A stretch of 64,000 nt of DNA. It comes from the human T2T-CHM13v2.0 reference genome, Homo sapiens. Position 1 is the first letter of the stretch. Every line of letters begins with the position of its first letter. Below are positions 32,030 to 56,620 of the stretch, piece by piece. Location: assembly GCF_009914755.1 (NCBI RefSeq), contig NC_060947.1. One strand, 5' to 3'. The position numbers and the translations under genes were made by a program. A model generated the notes under the pieces. That model saw only the letters and a program-made list of their open reading frames with translations. It had not been told where the DNA came from and did no database searches.

Positions 32030-34074
32030 TTAATGGGTTACGTTACAGGGTTGAGGTCAACCTACAGACACAAAATAGGTTAACTGAATTTGGTTTTTTT
32101 TTTTTCGTATCAGGTTTTAATTTTTTCATTGGAACAGGATTTGGGGGTGGGGATACTAAATGTGGCAGGGTTCAACAAATTTACATTTTATCAAAATAAG
32201 GTTCTTAAAGAGTACAATGATAGCATATGCTTTAATACTTATAGCACAAACCCTCATATTAATTGATGGTCACAGAAAAATACTGTAATGCTTTAAACAA
32301 AAGTCTTAAATTACATCAATGACACAAGTTTCAAACAAAATGCAGTGATCAAAATACTTAACTGTCCTTTCATCAAGCTTTTACAAACACAATCAGCCTT
32401 TGCTGTCTGAGCAAATCAGTTTTACTTTCTTCATGGTCCTCCATCTGTCTTTTAACATGACACTTGTCCGGTTGTTGAATTTATAATGCAACAGTATTTT
32501 AGACCAGTTTCCCTCTCCATATTTCCTCATGCCAGATCTCAAATTCTTGTCTTCTTCCCAAAGCCATGCCTGTCTTTTTCTAGCTCGATGTTTTTCAGGA
32601 GTTACCGGTTGACTCTTTGAAACAGGTATTCTGCTTTCAGTGGCTTTTCTGCTTTCTTTATTCTTTTTTGTACTTTGAAGAATTCCTATTCTTCTTTCTT
32701 TCTTATTAAGGTCTTGTTGCTCGGCTCCATGTTGCATCTTAGATAAGAAAAGATTCTTGTGAGACCTCAATAAGGATACTGTACCCTCTGAGGATTCAGT
32801 TACCGCAGACTGTTTGTCACTAACAATTTTTCTTGTATCCAAATTAGCTTCAGTTTCCATTTCAACATCATTACCATTAGGTTTATCTTGAGAAGTTAGT
32901 GTTCTTGTCCTTTTGCTTTCTACTACTTTTGCCACTGCCTTCATTAGAAAGGTTGATGATTTTTCACTTAGCACATAATTCACATAACTCTTAATTTTCT
33001 CCATCATGTGGTTGCAGCTGAAGTGTTGAAAAAAGGAATGAAATGTATCTTTCTGAGAGATTATCATAAGCAATTTGCTTTTCAAAGGCATATAAGAATT
33101 TGGATCACCAAATATTCTTTCAAAGACTTCTTCTGCTTCTTTAAAGTTGCCATTTTCCATACAGCTATAGCCTGAATTTTAATTAAATTCTGTATTTCTT
33201 CATGAAGTTTGTCATGTTCCTTTTCAATTGAACCCCAAATCATCAGGGCTGATTCCAAGGGTGTAATTCGTTCATCATTTTCAAATTGTGCATCAAGGGT
33301 TTTTCCTGCTGCAATTCTTGTCAAAAACTGACATATGTATATCGTTCTCAACTGGTAAGCTGTTAGACTGGATAGTCCATGAATAATAGCCTCTGCGCTG
33401 TTGCGGGTCCTGCGGAAGTCCTCCGAGCGGCCATCGCAGAAAGCTCAGCAAAGAGAGAGGCAGAGGAAATCGAGCATCCAGCCGGCAGCCACGGCCTCGG
33501 CCTCGGCCACTAGGCCCTCGTCCTCCTCCTCCTCCTGGGGGGCCCCCACCTGCACCTGGCACTCGAGCAGTTCCTGGCATTCGAACAGCTCCTCCTCGTT
33601 TCTCTCCGTTTCTGCCATCTCCTCCTCGGTAGGGTCGGCATCCCTACCATCCGCACAGACCCGTGGGCTCGGGGCCTGAAATCTTTGTATTTCTTATAAA
33701 ATACTCTAACAAGAATTATCTCTTCAGAGACCTTTTTTTTTTTTCTGTGATGGTTTAAATGTATCCCCCACCCAAATCATGTGTTGACAACTTAACTCCC
33801 AAAGCCACAGTATTGAGAGGTGAAAGCTTTAAGAGGTGATTAGGTCATGAGGGCTCTGCCCTCATATATACATTAATGCTATTATTGATGGAGTGGTCTC
33901 CTGATTAAAAAGATGTGTTTGTACAACTTTTCTCCTCTTTTGTGTGTGTGTGCTCCCCTGCCCTTCCTCCTTCTATCACAGAATGAATTATCAAGAACAC
34001 CCACACCCAATATGGGCCACCCAGCATTCAGAACTGTAAGAAATAGATTTCTGTTCTTTATAAATTGCTCAGTC

Positions 34075-40238
<6,164 letters not shown>

Positions 40239-40927
40239 AATTCAATCTCTAGCCAAAATGACCAATATTAGAAATTAGGGAAGATGTTGATAGTATTATG
40301 AAAGGGGCATTCAGAATACTGAGATCTTCTGCAAGCCACAGCCACCCTTCCTCATGAATCCCTGAGGATATAAACAGGGAATGCCGCAAGTTGCTGGCTG
40401 GGCTTTGTAGCCGGACACCACTGCCAATCGGAGGGTGATTCTGAACTGGATCACAAAGCCTGGGCTAGGCACTCATAATGAGCCTCTTCACAGTTCCTGG
40501 TCATCACCCCAAATTGTACTGCACTTTCGATGGCAACATAAAAGGAAGAAACCGGAAAAAAGGGAAATTGTCAGTGAATAAGAGCACCAGAGAGCCATAA
40601 GCCTTCTAAGCGAGCAGCCCCTGACTCAGCCAGCTGCCTTTGGTTCTGCATGGACCCTTGAGGAGAAAAGGAGCAAGCAAGCTCAACCAGCTTCCAACCA
40701 ATGAGCTAGAGGTTATGCTGGAATCCAATAAGCCCACAGTCACTTGTGAGGGGTGGTAGTCAAGGTGTGGGGTGGAAAATGGAACATTCCTACTCTAAAG
40801 CCTGCAGATGACAATCAGAATGGACAAAGAGTAAGGAATTCCTTTTTGGGATTTGCAAAGCACTGTGTATATTTATACATTGAAGTTATTTACAACAACA
40901 ACAAAAAATAAATAAATAAATAATTAA
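40239..40927 (+). other. L1 3'-transduced unique sequence (~650 bp) with second A-rich tail
   Basis: Non-repeat DNA between the L1 poly-A and a second (CAA)n/(TAAA)n tail, inside the L1 TSDs and inside a split LTR. Confidence 0.9.
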
Positions 40928-42869
40928 ATAAATTGCTCAGTCTCAGGTATTCTGCTATAGCAATTCAAAATGGACTAAGACACTTGCTTACTGAAGATCT
41001 AATTGAAGGTAGCGTCCACTATGCTATCGAATGTCTCATATATGTGTCCTTTAATTAGTCATATAATTTAACACAATGTAATTGAACTTGCTTTCTTTTT
41101 GCTTTGGAGTTTTGGAGACTGACCTACTGCCAGAGTTAGTTTTCAAATGAAGAAATTAGTCCATCTTATGCAAGAAAAGAGAGTGAAGGCTTGCTAAAGA
41201 TACAGACTACCAGTATAGTTATAAGTAATAACAGATCAGCCACACTATTATGTCAAGCATTTTCTTAAGATTTATCTTAAAGTTAATCATTATTCACTCA
41301 CTTATCTTTTTTTTTGTATCACATGCTCAGTCTTTTATTTTTAAGAATTGTTTTTCTTTCTCTCAAATGTTCACTTATAATATGAGGTTATGTCCACAGA
41401 AATTTTCAGAAGCAGAAAATTATTGTGGAACTCTGGGATCGTGAGAATTTCACTAAAATCAACTTTTCTAAATTCAGTTCTAGCTCCCTAAGGGGAAAAA
41501 GTCAGTAATCCAGTCAAATCTGAGAGAAACGAGGGATTTTGCTTGACTAGCTATATTCCTTCTATGCCAATGAGATATTATTACTGATGAATTGTGAAGA
41601 GTTCTGACCAGTGTACTTTCTTTAGTAGGTAAGACAATCCTATGAACACCATGAGGAAAGAAAAATAAGTAAATAACTTAGGCAGTAGAAGAAGATCCAT
41701 GTTTCTCTTTACTTTTTGCTCTGAATAGAAATTTTTAAAACCCACTTTTCCACTACAAGCTATAGATTCATGTTTAAATTAAGCTTCTTTAGAAAAGTGA
41801 AGCTTATCCCCTATCCACCCAACATCTATTAACTGGAGACTTTTCAAATTATAAATGGAAGATAATCATTTCAATTACTTCACTTAAAATAGGATGGAAG
41901 AGAAAAATGTTTTTGTTTTTCCCTTTTCCCAAGACATTAAAATGTTTGCCTAATAAAAACAACAAGTTAAACTTACAAATGAGAATCTTAATGAAAAGGA
42001 CATTGTGAATGCTTGTTATGTGGAGGTTAGGGGTAAGCGTGCCCTCTTCTTTGTGAACACTAGCCAATATTTTTAAAATTGCATGTTGGGAATAATCTCT
42101 AAGACACAGTTTCACAATGTTTTGCATTCATTTAAAAGTGAAGTGTATTTTATTTGTCTCCTTGCCAACTTTTTGAAGACTTCCTCTCAGGCTCCTGTCC
42201 TTTTTTAAAGAAACCCTTAGGACTGCTTTGATGCTCCTCAAATGAAAAAATCTACACCCAAGAACACATGAGATTGTCATAATTGGACTCCTTCCCAGAA
42301 TAAAGAAGACTGTTGGAGGGAGAGCAATTTAAATAGAAATGTGTCTATCTTATCCTGAGCTGGCATTTCCTATTGTCAATATTTTTTTTAAAAAAGTGCT
42401 GGCAAGGACAGTATTTCAAGTACCAAGCTTGAATTACTAAAGTAAGCATCATAACTTCCAACAATAAAAATATTATTCTTTCTTAACAACTTTTATTTCC
42501 TAGTGACACACTTTGTTACATTAATTTGTGTGTAAATGTGCAGTTTTCTATATGACCCAGGGCTACAACTAAAATGTCATCTTTATTTATCCAGCCCATT
42601 AGTTCTATTAATACCAATAACAAAAATACTTATGACCCTTTATTCACGTACAATTTTCTCCCTAATTTCAGAGAGCACTCGGATCAGTGACCAAAACCAT
42701 CAAAACATAATTTATGTTTTTGTTTTTCTTTGAATGTGACTTGCTGTCTCTCTCTCAATGAGGGTTTGTACAGTGACAAATACTTGTAAGCTGTTTTTTA
42801 GGACTATCTCAAACTGCTGAAATGTGTTAAATTTCATAAAACTAAGGTAGGTAGTAGGTATAGTACATA

Positions 42870-43090
42870 TAGTAATGGACTAGGCAGTGACAACATTAGG
42901 TTCTAATTTAGTCCTGGTTTTGTTACTTACTGGTTTCATAACTTTAGACAACCAACTAATCCATTTGAGTTTCAGTTAGCAGTCTTTAAAATAAGAGTAC
43001 TAATATGCTCAGTGTCTATTATGTGAGTTTTTATGAAGATTAAACAAGGTAATATACGTGAAAACACTTATGTGTATGCAAGTAGTTATT
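42870..43090 (+). mobile_element. MIR SINE
   Basis: ggttctaat...ttacttactgg...gagtttcagtt...atgaagattaaacaaggtaatatacgtgaaaacactt. Confidence 0.7.
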
Positions 43091-43829
43091 CTTATTTATA
43101 GCAAAACAAATTGCATTATTTACAAGGGGTTTTTGTTGTGTTTAAATGCAATGGCGAAAGCACCTGAAATGGGAGAAATGTATTCAATCTCTTTGAAACT
43201 AATGATAGCTTTCTCCAAAATTAGTTGTTTCAGCGTCCTCCTTTGACTTACTATATAAATATTATTGATCTATTGTCTCACTCTGTATTTATTTATTCAC
43301 CTATAAAATAGGACTGATATTTATCACCCTAGTCACTATAAAACAATTTTTGCAATGAGATCTCAGTAAAGAGAATATTATATCTCTTTAGATACTATCT
43401 TTAGATAATATCTCTTTTAGATACTAAAGGATTTGCCTGAAAAGTGAAAATTTTAAGTCAACCAACTATAGTTTTTGTCAATATGACACCAGTAACAACA
43501 AGTTTTGTTAATGATTTGACAAAATTGATTAGTTGTTTTGGTTATCTGTAGAAAAACCCCATTAATGTCTACAAAGTGTTAATAATGTTTAGAATGAAAA
43601 AATTTGTGTTTTAGGTTCTAATCCCTAGTAGGAAGTGCCAGACTGCCCTCTAGAGTTCTGAGAGCAGAATCACATTTACTTAGGTTGAAGCAAGTGGAAA
43701 CACTACTGTTTTTTTAAAAACCAATTACGAATTGGGATACTGGGAACTTGCCTTTTAATTCACACTTTTAGCTTTATTTCTCACTAATATTCCCCTAAAA
43801 CTCTTGATGCTCCCTATTATTTCCCAGCC

Positions 43830-44225
43830 CTTTCTGTTGTATGTTCATTGTATTCCTTCTGCCTTGCCTGCTGTTCATTTCTCACTGACTGATACTATCC
43901 CTACCCCAAGACAGAGCTGATCAAATTTCTATCCATTCTTCAAGAGCCAGTTCAAATTTCACAGTCTCAGCTGTGCCTCCTCCCAGATCTTCCGAGTCAT
44001 TAGTCTTTTTTTTTTTTTTCTTATAACCCCATAGAACTCCTTTTCATTCTGGCTTACCCTTATTCTAGTACGACTTGCATTATTAATATGCATAAATGTC
44101 TGCCTGCTCCCACTAAGCCATAAGTACCTAGATTGAAAGGATAATGAAATATTCCTTTCTGAAACTTGCACAGTACCTCACATAAAAGTGGTTTAATAAA
44201 TATGTGTCAAATTAAATTAAGTTGA
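43830..44225 (+). mobile_element. L2 3' region
   Basis: ctatccattcttcaagagccagttcaaatttcac...gcacagtacctcacataaaagtggtttaataaatatgtgt. Confidence 0.65.
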
Positions 44226-44559
44226 TTCGATAGGCTAAGAGGGTGGGTTTCCTTATTATAATATTTTTATTTAAATGAGTCTAGGTTTATTTTATGTAAT
44301 CTAGTGTGAAATACTTATTATGGCCTCGATATTATTTTCCTTCTTTCCACTTCTTAGCCAACATAATGACCAGAAGCTTTGATGAGGTTCCTCCTGCTAG
44401 TGCTTAAATTCATCAGGTTGCTTTCTTTGCTTAATTGATATTATTTTAAACTGATATTTTGACCGTATTCTTTACAGTCTGATATCAATGTCCCATTAGC
44501 AACAATTACTTTGAATAATTACTCTTCCAAATGGAATAAAATTTGAAAGTCTAATTCAT

Positions 44560-44700
44560 TCTAGTCTCTGCCCTCAAGGATACAAGATTTTATTATCTTA
44601 GTTTAACAGAAAAGGCAATTGAGGCCCAGAGATGTTAAGTTACTACCAATTACACTGCTAGTCAATAGCAGATCTAATCTCAAAATTCACAATCAAAAGT
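44560..44700 (-). mobile_element. MIR fragment
   Basis: tttaacagaaaaggcaattgaggcccagagatgttaagt, the reverse MIR core. Confidence 0.6.
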
Positions 44701-45499
44701 TCTTTTCCTTATAACCCCCTTTGCCTCCCTGTTGGATTACCTTTTTTTGGGACAACAGAAAAACCTTATTAACATTTACATTTCAGTGTACCAAATGGTA
44801 GATTGGCGGTCTGATAGAGTGACTGAGGTGCATTAAATTGTACAATGACTAATTGGAACAAAGAGTTACTCAGGTTTAGGGTATACTTTCTAAAAAAATA
44901 TAATATTTACAACATAGTTGAATTCTAAAAAGGAAACTTAGTTGTTAGGTTTCTTTGGTTTTATTATAAAGGCAAAGTAAAATACAACAAATCCTTAAAG
45001 TGTCATGTTATGGATGTTAAGCAATAAGTAAAAGGAATAAATTTCATTCATTTATCCAATATTCAACATATATGCATATATCCTCTACAAGCCACAAAAT
45101 TGAATAAGGCAGTATGAGGAAGTGTGACCAAAGGGATTCATACATCACATGGAATTGGACTAGATTACATGTTAAGGTTTTTTTTAAACCCTGAAATTTA
45201 TGCATTTATGTATATGTGAATTCACATAAGCCTTTCTTCTGTCTCTCTGTTTTTGATCTTTCTTTCTTAATTTTACCTGTTCAAATCTAGATTCTTGCAT
45301 TTATTAGCTTACCAATTTCTATAATATTCATACACTCCTGATTATTCAGTTTTTGACATTTATCTAATAAGCCCAGTTAAGTCCAGCTTCATGGAGTCTC
45401 AGATAATAACTCATACATGTTGAGCTATTATCCTGACTCAAATGTCCCAAGTTATGTCAGAAGGACATTATCTCTTCTCTCAAAAAGTATATAATTTAA

Positions 45500-46060
45500 A
45501 TGGATGGGATTCAATATATAGATAAATCATTATGAGTGACTATTATATATCACTTAAAGTGTATGAGCTAAATGTTAAAGGAATTTAGAGGATATGATGG
45601 ATGCCTTAGAGTTGAAGATCTCAAAGTTGATATTAGACTGGTCATTAAGATCAGGGGAGGTAGTATTCTGGCCACAGGTGTAGTGATGAAAATGTGTGAT
45701 ATGTCTTTTAGGAAAGGACTAGAGGAAACACGTAGAAGAGAAGAAAGAGAGAAAGCTATGTAAAGGCAGGCTGAGGTCTGAATGTGAATACTTTTAAATG
45801 ACTGGCAAGAATTTTGACTGAATTTTGTAGGGGGCAGGAGACCACTAAAGATTATTGAAAAGAGAAATTATTTAGTCAAAGTTGTATTTTACCAAAGATA
45901 TTATGTTGCTGTTGAGGATAGATTGTAGAAAAGGAGAATACTGCATGAATTTTGGAAGCTAATGAAGTGGTCTAGGGGAGAGGGATTGAATCTCTAGTCT
46001 AAGATGATGGCAGTGGAAATGAAAAGGAAGAAATTGACTTGATGGATATAGACCATCTCC
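45500..46060 (-). mobile_element. L2 fragment
   Basis: Purine-rich antisense L2 pattern (ggagaccactaaagattattgaaaagagaaat...gtggtctaggggagag...gatggcagtggaaatgaa). Confidence 0.55.
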
Positions 46061-46479
46061 ACAAATAATTTACTAATTCTAAGAATGTTGCCTTGGTGAG
46101 GAGCAGCTAAAGAAAATATGTCCTTCTTGCAAATTAAGAAATAATTTTGAGCATTTGTATGCCTGAATGGCAAACTTGAACAGTAGGTGGAACAGAAACT
46201 TATTAGAGGTGACCATTAACTGTGGTGTCTTAGAAAGACTCCTCACTGAAAGTTTCTCCCCCATTTAAGTCTCACAATATAATCAGTTCTACCATTAGAG
46301 ATTGAACTCTTTTAGTTAAACCTTGTTATTTCCATGCCTCCTTTTGAAAATAAAATTCAATTGTATCACATCTATTTTCTAGCACTTTAATTGAAATGAA
46401 TGTATTGGATGCTTTCTCCCTGCTTGGAGAGACATGTCTGTCTGATAAAAAGTTGAAAGCTGTCTATGGGCCACGAGCT

Positions 46480-46690
46480 CTGCTCTATACAATACACACA
46501 TTACACACATATTTTATGTAATTCTCATAACAACATTATGAGGTAGATACTATTATATACAAATTTACAGATGAGAAAACTGAAGTACAGAGAAATTAAG
46601 TAACTGCTCAAGGTACTTCATCCAGTAAATGGTAAAGCCAGAGTTTTGAACTGTGTTTAAAATTCTGCTAACCAACTAATTATACTGTGC
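46480..46690 (-). mobile_element. MIR SINE
   Basis: aattctcataacaacattatgaggtagatactatt...tttacagatgagaaaactgaagtacagaga. Confidence 0.8.
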
Positions 46691-46966
46691 AATAGTTTAA
46701 TTTTGAAATTATACTGGATTTGATCCTTGTTGGTAGGTAATAGTGGGTAGCCAGCAAATGGGGAAAATGTGGGGCAAATTTTAAAACCAAATTATTCACT
46801 TGAGAAGTTGACCATACAGACCTAATTAAAAATAGTAGGCACCCAAATGTCATTGGAAATCTGCAGTATCTCTTGTCCTATTTACTCTAGGTTAAGATAT
46901 TTCCTTCTTCTTACTCTAGCATGGATAGCGTTTAAGGTTAGCCCACAGTGAAACAAAATCCCAGCA

Positions 46967-47486
46967 TGTGAAAGACAGAATAATGGACCCCCAAAAATGT
47001 CTACATTCCAATCCTTGAAACCTGTGAATATGCTGCTTTATATGGCAAAATGAAAAAAAAAAATGGACTTTTGCGGGTGTGATTAAAGCCCTTGAGATCG
47101 GATAATTATCCTGAATTATCCACGTGGACTTCATCTAATTTCATAAACCCACAAAGTTTGAGAGCTTTTCCCTGCTGTAGTCAGTCAGAGTGAGATGTGA
47201 CTGTGGAACAATGGTTGGAGAGGTGCAAAATTACTTGGTTTGAAGGTGAAGGAAGGGGCCACAAGCCACATAATATGAGCAGACTGTAGAAGCTGAAAAT
47301 GGCAAAGACATAGATTATCTCCTAGAGCATCCAGAAAAGAATGCATCCGGCTGACACGTTAATTATAGCTCAGTAAGACAGATTCTAGACTTCTGATCTG
47401 CGGAACTGTAAGATAATAAATATGTGTTGCTTTCAACTACTGAGTTTGTGGTAATTGGTTACAGCAGCAATGGAAAACTAATATAT
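46967..47486 (+). mobile_element. MLT1D-like MaLR LTR
   Basis: cagaataatggacccccaaaaatgtc...tttgtggtaattggttacagcagcaatggaaaactaata. Confidence 0.85.
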
Positions 47487-47544
47487 TACTCAAAGAGTTG
47501 ACGGCTACTATCAGCTGAGGGGGTGGGAATGAACTATACATTCT

Positions 47545-48555
47545 TTATAAAATAATAATTTATAGAGGTGAAATTAATATGAGATAAAATTAACCATTTT
47601 AAAGTGAAAAATTCAGTGGCATTTAGTACATTCACAATGTTGCTCAACCACTACCTCTATCTAGTTCAAAATATTTCCATCACTCCAAAGTAAAACCCCT
47701 TACCCATTAAGCAGTTTCTCCCAACTTTTTTCTCCTCCTATCTACTCTCTGGCAATAATCACTTTGCATTCCATCTCCATGTATTTATCTATTATGAATA
47801 TTTTATATAAATGGAATCATGTAATATATGACTATTTGTGTCTGTCTTTTTCTTCTTAATATTATGTTTTGGAGGTTCCTCAATGTTGTAACATGTGTCA
47901 GTATTCAATTATATTTTATAGCTGAATGTACAATTTGTTATACATTCATCTATTGATGAACATTTCATCTGTTTCCACCTTTTGCCTATTCTGAATAGTG
48001 AACACATAAACACATGTATTTTTGAGTACCTATTTTCAAACCGTTTGGGCATGTACTGAGAATCAGAATTATGAAGTCATATAGAAAATCTATTAAACCT
48101 AAAATTTAAGTAATTTTTGAGTAACTGCCAACTTGTTTCCAATAATTTGAAATATTTATCATTCCTACCAGCAATGCACAAGGGTTTCAATTTCTCCACA
48201 TCGTTGCAAACATTTTTAATTTTCCATTTTTTTCTTTTATTATAGCCATCCTAGTAGGTACAAAGTAATACCACATTGTAGTTTATATTGGCATTTCCTT
48301 AATGCCTAATGATGTTGAGCATCCTTTCCTGTATTTGGTGGCCATTTGACTGTTTTCTTTGGAGAAATGTCCATTCAGATTTTTTTATTGTTTTGTACAA
48401 AATAATAAAGAAGACAAACAACCCAATTAAAAAGTTGTTGTGTTGTAAAAGTTCTCTGCATATTTTATATACTACACCTTTATTAAATATGCGATTTGAA
48501 AATATTCTCTAGCATGCTTTAAATTGCCTTTTTACTCTCTTAATAATGTGCTTTT
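47545..48555 (-). mobile_element. L1MB 3' end
   Basis: aaattaaccattttaaagtg...attcagtggcatttagtacattcacaatgttg, the L1MB 3' UTR pattern. Confidence 0.8.
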
Positions 48556-48599
48556 AAAACAAATAGCTTGAGGTATAATTAATATACAAAAATGCATTT

Positions 48600-49460
48600 A
48601 TTTTTTCTTTCCAACTTTTACTTTAGGTTTAGTGGGTACATGTGTGGGCTTGTTATATAGGTAAATTGCATGTCATAGGGGTTTGGTATACAGATTATTT
48701 TATCACACAGGTAATGAGCATAGTGGCTAATAGGTAGTTTTTTGATCCTCACCTTCCTTGTACCCTCCACCCTCAAGTAAGCCCCAGTGTCTAGTTTTCT
48801 CTTCTTTGTGTCTATGTGTACTCAGTGTTTAGATACCACTTATAAGTGTGAACATGTGACATTTGGTTTTCTGTGCCTGTGAACTCACTTAGGATAATGG
48901 CCTCCAGCTCCATCCATGTTGCTGCAAAGAACATGACTTCATTCTTTTTATGGGTGCATAGTATTCCATGGTGTATATGTAACATATTTTCTTTATCCAG
49001 TCCACCACTGATGGGCATCTAGGTTGACTCCATGCCTTTGCTATTGAGAATAGTACTGCCATAAACATACACATTATACACATGCATGTGTCTTTATGAT
49101 AGAACAATTTATGTTCTTTTGGATATATACCTGGTAATGGAATTGCTGGGTTGAAAGGTAGTTCTAAGTTGTTTGGGAAATCTACAAATTGGTTTCCACA
49201 TTGGTTGAACTAATTTACATTCTCACCATCAGTGTATAAGCATTCCTTTTTCTTTGTAACCTCACCAGCATCTGTTATTTTTTTGACTCTTTAATAATAG
49301 TCATTCTGACTGATGTGAAATGGTATCTCATTGTGCTTTTGATTTGGATTTCTCTAATCATTAGTGATGTTGAACATTTTTTTCATATGCTTCTTGGCCA
49401 CATGTGTGTCTTCTTTTGACAAGTGTCTGTTCATGTCCTTTGTCCATTTTTTAATGGGGT
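48600..49460 (-). mobile_element. L1PA15/16-like 3' fragment
   Basis: ttccaacttttactttaggtttagtgggtacatgtg; ORFs 48812-49107 give the ORF2 C-terminus. Confidence 0.82.
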
Positions 49461-51389
49461 TGACTATATATGCATGGGTTTATTTTTGGCCTCTATTATG
49501 TTCCATTAGCCTGTATGTCAGTTTTCCTGCCAGTACCATACTCTTTTGATTACAGTAGCATTGTAATATGTTTTGAAACCAAAAAGAATGTGATACCACC
49601 AACTTTGCTCTTGGTAGAAATTGCTTTGGCTATTTGGAAACATTTTCTGTATTGAAATACATTTTATAACTTTTTTCTAATTCTGTAAAAAATGCCTTTG
49701 GGAATTTGGTAGAGATTGTATTGAATCTGTAGATTACTTAAGAAGTGTAGACATTTTAACAATGTTAATTCTTCCAATCTATGAAAAAAGGATGTCCTTC
49801 TATTTTTGTCTTTAAAATTTGTTTCTGTCAATGTTTGGTTTTTAATGTACAATACTTTCACCTTCTTCGTTCTTTATTCCTAAGTATTTTATTAATTTTT
49901 ACGTTGTTGTAAATAAAATTGTTTCCTTAATTTACTTTTTGGATACTTTGTTGTTAGTATTTAGAAACACAATTGATTTTGTATGTTGATTTTGTATTCT
50001 TCAAAGTTACCGAATTCACTCATGTATCTGTTATTTTATGGAGTCTTTAGGTTTATTTTACATATAAAATAGTGTCTTCTTTAACAGAGATAGTTTTACT
50101 TCTTTCGATTTATATACTTTCTAATAATTGTTCTTGCCTAATTGCTCTGGATAGGACATTCAATATTATGTTTAATAGGAGAGGTGAGAGTGGACATTCT
50201 TACCTTATTCTGGATTTAGAGGGAAACCTTTCAGCTTTGAAATTATCGAGTATGATGTTAGCTGTGGGCTAGTCATATGTGGTTTTTATTGTGTTGAGAT
50301 ACATTCTTTGTAGCTCTAATTGGTTGAGAGTTTTTGTGAAACAGTATTAATATTTTCCAAAAGCTTTTTCTGTATCTAAGGAGATAATAATATGATTTTA
50401 TTCTTCTTTCTGTTGATGTCGTATATAACATTTATAGATCTGTGTATATTGAACCATCCTTGAATCCTTGAAATGAATCTGACTTGGTCATGTTGTTTGG
50501 TTCTTTTAAAATGCTGCTGCATTTGGTTTGCTAGTATTTTATTGAGGATTTTGAGGTCTAACTTCATAAAAAATTCTGATCTATTCTTTTATTATGGTGT
50601 CTTTATCTGGCTTTGAAATCATGGTAATGCAGGGCTCATAAAAAAGTTTGGAAGTGTTGTCTCATTTTTTGGAAGAGTTTAAAAGAATTGGTATTCATTT
50701 TTTTTTTAATATTTGGTAAAATTCATCCATGATACTATCTGGTCCTGTATTTTCCTTTGCTAAGAGTTATTTTTACTACTCCTTTAGTGTCCTTATTTGT
50801 TACTGGTCTGCTCAGGCTTTGTATCTCTTCTTCATCCAGTCTTGATAAGTTGTATTTTTCTAAGAGTTTCTTGACTTCTAAGTTGTCCAGTTTGTTGTTA
50901 TGCAGTTGTTCACAATAGTCCTTTATGATCCTTTTTATCACCGTGAGATCAGTTTTCCTGTCTTCTCTTTCATTTCTGATTTTATTTGTTTGAATCCCTC
51001 CTTTTTATCTTAGTTTAGATAAGAGATTGTTGAGTAAGTTTACCTTCTCTAAAAACAAACTTTGAGTTTTCTTTCTTTTCTCTCATTTATTTTTGCTTTA
51101 ATTTCATTTTTTTCTTTATTCTGTCAATTTTGTACTTAGTTCTTTTTTTAGTTTCTTCAGATGCAATGTTAAGTTATTTACTGGATACATTTATTGTTTA
51201 AATGTAGTTGTTTATTGCTATGAACTTTTCTCTTAGTTCTGTTTTAGTCACATTCCATACGTTTTATATTTTCATTTTTGTTTGTCTCAAAGTATTTTCT
51301 AATTTTCTTTTTCATGTCTTCTTTAACCCAATAGTTGTTTAACAGTGTATGATTTAATTTCCACGTATTTGTGAATGTTCTCATTTTTT

Positions 51390-51390
<1 letters not shown>
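49460..51390 (-). mobile_element. L1M ORF2 fragment
   Basis: ORF 50376-50567 ([26 protein letters not shown]). Confidence 0.8.
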
Positions 51391-56339
<4,949 letters not shown>

Positions 56340-56340
<1 letters not shown>

Positions 56341-56620
56341 TCTGTTAATTCTTCTTTAAATGTTTAGTAAAATTCAGCAATGAAGCCATCTGGTAGTGGA
56401 ATTTTTGTTGTTAGGTTGTTTTATATACTGATTTAATTTCTTTACTTTTTAAAGGTCTTTTTAGAATTTGTATTTATCCTTGAGCGAGATGTGGTTATTT
56501 GTGTGTTTTCAGAACTTTGTCAATTTTATCTAGGTTATCTAATTTGTTGGCATACAATTGTTTTTAGTTTACTCTTACAATTATTTATTTCTGTACATTT
56601 TGTAATAGTGTACTATATTT
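56340..56620 (-). mobile_element. Old L1M ORF2 fragment
   Basis: ttctttaaatgtttagtaaaattcagcaatgaagccatctgg. Confidence 0.7.

Noticed and set aside
33443-33470. Pyrimidine tract plus TGAG (minus) as an in-frame splice acceptor skipping the premature stop
   Set aside because: GAG acceptors are rare, and the product would still hit the frameshift at ~33161.
33293-33679. GC-rich ORFs 33293-33580 (-) and 33401-33679 (+), resembling a CpG-island gene
   Set aside because: Alternative and antisense frames of the TERF1 5' coding region; the GC content comes from the parent mRNA.
41000-46960. Short ORFs in the least repetitive stretch as exons
   Set aside because: AT-rich, no recognisable domains, interspersed with MIR/L2 relics; a small exon cannot be excluded without conservation data.
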